Of a stretch of DNA of 40,266 nucleotides, positions 36,803 through 40,266 are shown one piece after another. The translations under genes were made by a program, and so were the position numbers. The stretch comes from Gammaproteobacteria bacterium (lineage in GTDB: Bacteria > Pseudomonadota > Gammaproteobacteria > JAKDMP01): positions 1 to 40,266 of the forward strand of contig JAKDMP010000003.1 in assembly GCA_030452225.1 (NCBI GenBank), written 5' to 3'. The notes under the pieces were generated by a model. That model ran no database searches. It saw only the letters and a program-made list of their open reading frames with translations, and was not told the DNA's origin. The number at the start of each line of letters is the position of its first letter. Within the stretch, counting starts at the first letter, position 1.

Positions 36803-38004
36803 GGAATTGTAGCGTTTGTGGCCTTGTGCAGGAGGCGCGCCAGGAAACTGGCCAGATGAACCACCTCGGTCGTACCGTCGCCCGTCAATCCTGCGGCAAG
36901 ATGAAGCCGGCAGCCGATGTTGGCGGTCACGACGCAATCGAACCGCGCCGACTGAATCGCCTCGACAAGGGGCTCGCGCAGATGTTCGGCGTCCGCCGGG
37001 CGATCGAGGAAATAGCTGCCTGCTGCGCCGCAACAGCCCATGGGGAGCCGGGTGACGGCTACGTTTGGGATTTGGGCAAGCGCGCGATCGAGCGCATCCG
37101 AACGCAGGATATTGCGCTGCGTACAGGGCGTGTGCAGGGCTATGTCGAGGGGTTTGTCATTGCGGATTTCGAGGCGTCCCGATTCGAGCGCATCCGCGAG
37201 CACTTCGGTGACATCGCGAACCTTTGCCGAGAAGCCGGCGTCGTCGCCAAACACTGCGTCGTACTCGGAAAGATGGGCCGTGCAGCCACTGGCCGTCGCG
37301 ACAATGCGTTCCTGCGAATTGAAGGCCCGCGTATTGCGCCGCGCAAGTCTCGCGGCGTGGCGGCGCTCGCCGCCGTGATGGGCGAGGGCTCCGCAGCAGG
37401 TCTGGCGTGCCGGCACTTCGATGCGGTATCCGGCGGAGGCAAGCAAGGCGGCACTCGAGGCCAGGGTTTCGGTGTCCGCCGCGCGTGCGATGCAGCCCAA
37501 AAACAGGGCGAGCGGCTCACCGTCCACCGGGCCGGCGGCAAGCTTCGGTGCAGGGCCGAGGGCCTCGACATAGGGTCGCAGCCGGGAGCGGCGAGTGAAG
37601 AGCAGCCGGGCGGGATGGCGCAGTGCGCGCAGCATGGCGCCCAACAGGCGCGGATGGCGGGTCGCAAATTGCAGTAGGCCCTGTCGCCAGCCGCCGGGTT
37701 TTCGTGCCCCGAGTTCGTTGCGGGCGCCATCGATCAAGCGACCGTACGGCACGTCCGCCGGGCAGACCGCCTCGCAGGCCCGGCAGGTCAGGCAGCCGTC
37801 CAGATGCCCGGTCACGGCCGGATCGGCTTCCAGGGTGCCTTCGGCCAGCGCCTCGATCAGCGCAATGCGCCCGCGCGGGGAATCGCCTTCCTCGCCCTTG
37901 AGCCGGTAGGTCGGGCAGTGTGGAAGGCAGACCTGGCACTTCACGCAACGGGCCGCAGCTTCTTCAAGTGAAACTTGCACAGGGGCTTCTAAAGCATTAA
38001 TCAA
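36799..38004 (-). CDS. GlcF-like Fe-S protein (two 4Fe-4S motifs and two CCG domains)
   Basis: CVKCQVCLPHCP, SPRGRI, CLTCRACEAVCP, FLGC, TCCGAL, HTPC, GCCGAAG, TANIGCRLH. True start may be nearer 37980. Confidence 0.88.
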   Translation of the reverse strand: MINALEAPVQVSLEEAAARCVKCQVCLPHCPTYRLKGEEGDSPRGRIALIEALAEGTLEADPAVTGHLDGCLTCRACEAVCPADVPYGRLIDGARNELGARKPGGWRQGLLQFATRHPRLLGAMLRALRHPARLLFTRRSRLRPYVEALGPAPKLAAGPVDGEPLALFLGCIARAADTETLASSAALLASAGYRIEVPARQTCCGALAHHGGERRHAARLARRNTRAFNSQERIVATASGCTAHLSEYDAVFGDDAGFSAKVRDVTEVLADALESGRLEIRNDKPLDIALHTPCTQRNILRSDALDRALAQIPNVAVTRLPMGCCGAAGSYFLDRPADAEHLREPLVEAIQSARFDCVVTANIGCRLHLAAGLTGDGTTEVVHLASFLARLLHKATNATIP

Positions 38005-38016
38005 TCATTTATCATA

Positions 38017-38829
38017 ATGCCAAGTTCGGCTTGGAGTTTGCGTGTGTCGTTGTTGTTAGCAGCCATGCTTGCCACCAGCCTGGTTGGTGCAGGCGTCAAT
38101 CTCGGGCCGGCCGGGCTCGCCAGTTTTGCCAATTACAGCCTGATTCAGGATCCCGAGAAGCAACCGGAAAACCTGGGTTTCGGCGGCAAGTTTACGCTCG
38201 GCTACCTCGCCACGAACAGCATGACCTCATCCACCAGTTTCAATGCCGAGGTACTGCTCGGTTACAACACGCTGCTGTGGCAACACCGGTTGACTTTGCA
38301 GGCCGTCTATTCGAGCGTGGACTCTACCACCGTTGCCGAGCAATATTTTGGCGCCTGGCAGTCCAATCGCCTGTTGTCCGAGCGCAGCTACGTTTTTGGC
38401 TACGCCGGATATATTCATGATCGGTTCAGCGGTTACGTTTATCAGGGCTCGGCTGTGGTCGGTTACGGTATAAAAGCGCTCGAGACGAAGTCCCAGGAGC
38501 TGAAATTCGAGCTTGGTGCCGGCTGGACCCGCGCCAAGGAAAACGGCGGTTCGACTTTGAGTTCTGCTGCGGCGCGGTTGCGCGAGATTTACAGCTGGAG
38601 TTTTGGCGAGAGCAGTTCGCTGGCACAGAGCCTGACCCTGGAGAAAAGCAGCTTCAACCTGTATTCCAGGTTCGACACCAAAGTTACCGCCCAACTGATC
38701 GGTAATCTCGCTTTTGTCGTCGCCTATACCATCCAGCACAATTCGCACGTAACCCTCGGTAATCCGCATACCACCAGCATCACGTCGATTTCACTGCAGT
38801 ACGTTTTCGGCGGCATTTTCACGGAATAA
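38017..38829 (+). CDS. DUF481/YdiY-like outer-membrane beta-barrel protein
   Basis: Signal peptide; amphipathic strands; AEQY, DRFSGY, GYG, ELGAG, C-terminal SLQYVF. Confidence 0.72.
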   Translation: MPSSAWSLRVSLLLAAMLATSLVGAGVNLGPAGLASFANYSLIQDPEKQPENLGFGGKFTLGYLATNSMTSSTSFNAEVLLGYNTLLWQHRLTLQAVYSSVDSTTVAEQYFGAWQSNRLLSERSYVFGYAGYIHDRFSGYVYQGSAVVGYGIKALETKSQELKFELGAGWTRAKENGGSTLSSAAARLREIYSWSFGESSSLAQSLTLEKSSFNLYSRFDTKVTAQLIGNLAFVVAYTIQHNSHVTLGNPHTTSITSISLQYVFGGIFTE

Positions 38830-39146
38830 TGGCTTATTACCGCAGGCATCTGTTCATTTGCGTCAACGAGCGCGACACGGATCGGGTTTGCTGCGCGCAA
38901 CGCGGCTCCGTTGCGGTGCGGGCCCATGCCAAGCGCCGCCTGAAGGAGCTCGGCCTGAGCGGGCCGGGCAAGTTCCGGGCCAATGCCTGTGGTTGTACGG
39001 ACCGCTGCGAGGAAGGCCCGATCGCCGTGGTCTACCCGGATGCCGTCTGGTACAGCTATGAGGACGCCGAGGACATGGACGAGATCATCGATCGGCACCT
39101 CGTCGGCGGCGAGCCCGTGGAGCGCCTGCGCCTGCCGGACAGCTGA
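38829..39146 (+). CDS. Thioredoxin-like [2Fe-2S] ferredoxin
   Basis: HLFICVNER...CC...[21 protein letters not shown]...[10 protein letters not shown]; start overlaps the upstream stop (TAATG). Confidence 0.92.
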   Translation: MAYYRRHLFICVNERDTDRVCCAQRGSVAVRAHAKRRLKELGLSGPGKFRANACGCTDRCEEGPIAVVYPDAVWYSYEDAEDMDEIIDRHLVGGEPVERLRLPDS

Positions 39147-39200
39147 CTTTCACAACTTCGGACGTCGGCGTTTCGAGCCCGCCCGATCCCTTTCCGTGCC

Positions 39201-39229
39201 TTGTCGTGGCGCTGATTTTGCTATACAAT
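39201..39229 (+). promoter_or_regulatory. Candidate sigma70 promoter of rplM-rpsI
   Basis: TTGTCG (39201-39206), 17 bp, TACAAT (39224-39229), followed by the GC-rich discriminator AGCGGGC. Confidence 0.6.
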
Positions 39230-39265
39230 AGCGGGCTCGATTCGATCTTCATGAGCACCCTTTCG

Positions 39266-39694
39266 ATGAAAACCCTCTCGGCCAGGGCCGAAACCGTGGA
39301 GCAGGGCTGGTACGTCGTCGATGCCGACGGGCAGGTGCTTGGGCGTCTTGCCGTCGAGCTCGCCCGCCGCCTGCGCGGCAAGCACAAGCCCCGGTTCACA
39401 CCGCATGTGGACACCGGCGACCACATCGTGGTTCTCAACGCGGAAAAGGTTCGCGTGACCGGGCGCAAGCGCAAGCAGAAGACCTACTACCGCCACACGG
39501 GCTACATCGGCAACCTGAAGTCGATCACCTTCGACAAGCAGATCGAAAAGGATGCGCGCCGTGTCATCGAGCACGCCGTGGAAGGGATGCTGCCGAAAGG
39601 CCCGCTGGGACGCGCCATGCTCAGGAAGCTGCGGGTCTACAACGGCGCCGAGCACCCGCACGCCGCCCAGCAGCCCGAAGAACTGAAACTGTAA
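39266..39694 (+). CDS. rplM: 50S ribosomal protein L13
   Basis: MKTLSA...[48 protein letters not shown]. Confidence 0.97.
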   Translation: MKTLSARAETVEQGWYVVDADGQVLGRLAVELARRLRGKHKPRFTPHVDTGDHIVVLNAEKVRVTGRKRKQKTYYRHTGYIGNLKSITFDKQIEKDARRVIEHAVEGMLPKGPLGRAMLRKLRVYNGAEHPHAAQQPEELKL

Positions 39695-39706
39695 GGGACC
39701 ACATTC

Positions 39707-40105
39707 ATGGCAACCACCATCGAACAGGATTACGGCACGGGCCGGCGCAAGACCTCCTCGGCGCGCGTGTTCCTGCGCCGCGGCAGCGGCCAGGTGACCG
39801 TCAACCAGCGCTCGCTCGATCAGTATTTCGGGCGCGAGACCTCCCGCATGATCGTGCGTCAACCTCTCAAGCTCGTGGAGCGCGACGACAACCTCGATGC
39901 CTTCGTCACGGTTTCCGGCGGCGGCACCACCGGCCAGGCCGGCGCCATCCGCCATGGCATTGCCCGGGCGCTGGTGGAGTACGACGAGACGCTGCGTTCG
40001 CCGCTGCGCAAGGCGGGCTTCATTACCCGGGACGATCGCGAGGTTGAGCGCAAGAAGGTCGGCCTGCACAAGGCCCGCCGCGCGCCGCAATACTCCAAGC
40101 GCTGA
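39707..40105 (+). CDS. rpsI: 30S ribosomal protein S9
   Basis: [52 protein letters not shown]. Confidence 0.98.
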   Translation: MATTIEQDYGTGRRKTSSARVFLRRGSGQVTVNQRSLDQYFGRETSRMIVRQPLKLVERDDNLDAFVTVSGGGTTGQAGAIRHGIARALVEYDETLRSPLRKAGFITRDDREVERKKVGLHKARRAPQYSKR

Positions 40106-40185
40106 AATGCTGCCGCGTTCTGCCGCGGATTGAATCCGGGCGGAGTTTGTCATGACCCGTGGCGCTTCTTCGATCACTACATTGC

Positions 40186-40259
40186 TGGGGGATCGTCTAG
40201 CGGTAGGACTACGGACTCTGACTCCGTCAACCCAGGTTCGAATCCTGGTCCCCCAGCCA
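40186..40259 (+). tRNA. tRNA-Gln (anticodon CTG)
   Basis: Acceptor stem TGGGGGA/TCCCCCA with U1-A72; anticodon arm ACGGA-CTCTGAC-TCCGT; T arm CCAGG-TTCGAAT-CCTGG; encoded CCA end. Confidence 0.96.
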
Positions 40260-40266
40260 AACACGG

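Noticed and set aside
36803-37033. N-terminal extension of Coq7
   Set aside because: It overlaps the GlcF-like gene; the ATGA coupling at 36802 is the better start.
40186-40266. tRNA-Gln as an island integration site
   Set aside because: The window ends 7 bp after the tRNA; no integrase or duplicated tRNA 3' end is visible.

Overview
A GC-rich, gammaproteobacterial-type chromosome segment made mostly of core genes. In order: pilO(partial)-pilP-pilQ, a large Ig-like lipoprotein gene, aroK-aroB, pyrF-hemE, an SDR glucose dehydrogenase plus GH15 glycosidase pair, lolC-lolD-lolE, comEC, exbB/exbD-like genes, msbA-lpxK-Trm112-kdsB, rne/rluC, a small accessory islet (dedA, DUF2269-like, Mpo1/DUF962-like, TetR, yigZ remnant), maf-yceD-rpmF-plsX-fabH, a DAACS symporter, rpe-speD, coq7 with a GlcF-like Fe-S gene, a DUF481-like barrel with a 2Fe-2S ferredoxin, rplM-rpsI and tRNA-Gln(CUG). 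I found no CRISPR array, transposase, integrase, prophage or recognisable defence system. The best leads are: (1) an invasin/Big_1-type lipoprotein with Ca-binding-like loops inserted between pilQ and aroK; (2) a mosaic of several REP/REPIN and MITE-like palindromic elements between kdsB and rne, with related elements elsewhere; (3) a 265-bp inverted-repeat-bounded element where fabD would normally follow fabH; (4) a compact TetR circuit with two visible operators over back-to-back promoters; (5) an orphan GlcF-like protein translationally coupled to coq7; (6) a direct rpe-speD junction without the gph-trp-crp block; (7) an internally deleted yigZ. All family calls come from motif recognition by eye; no database searches were run.
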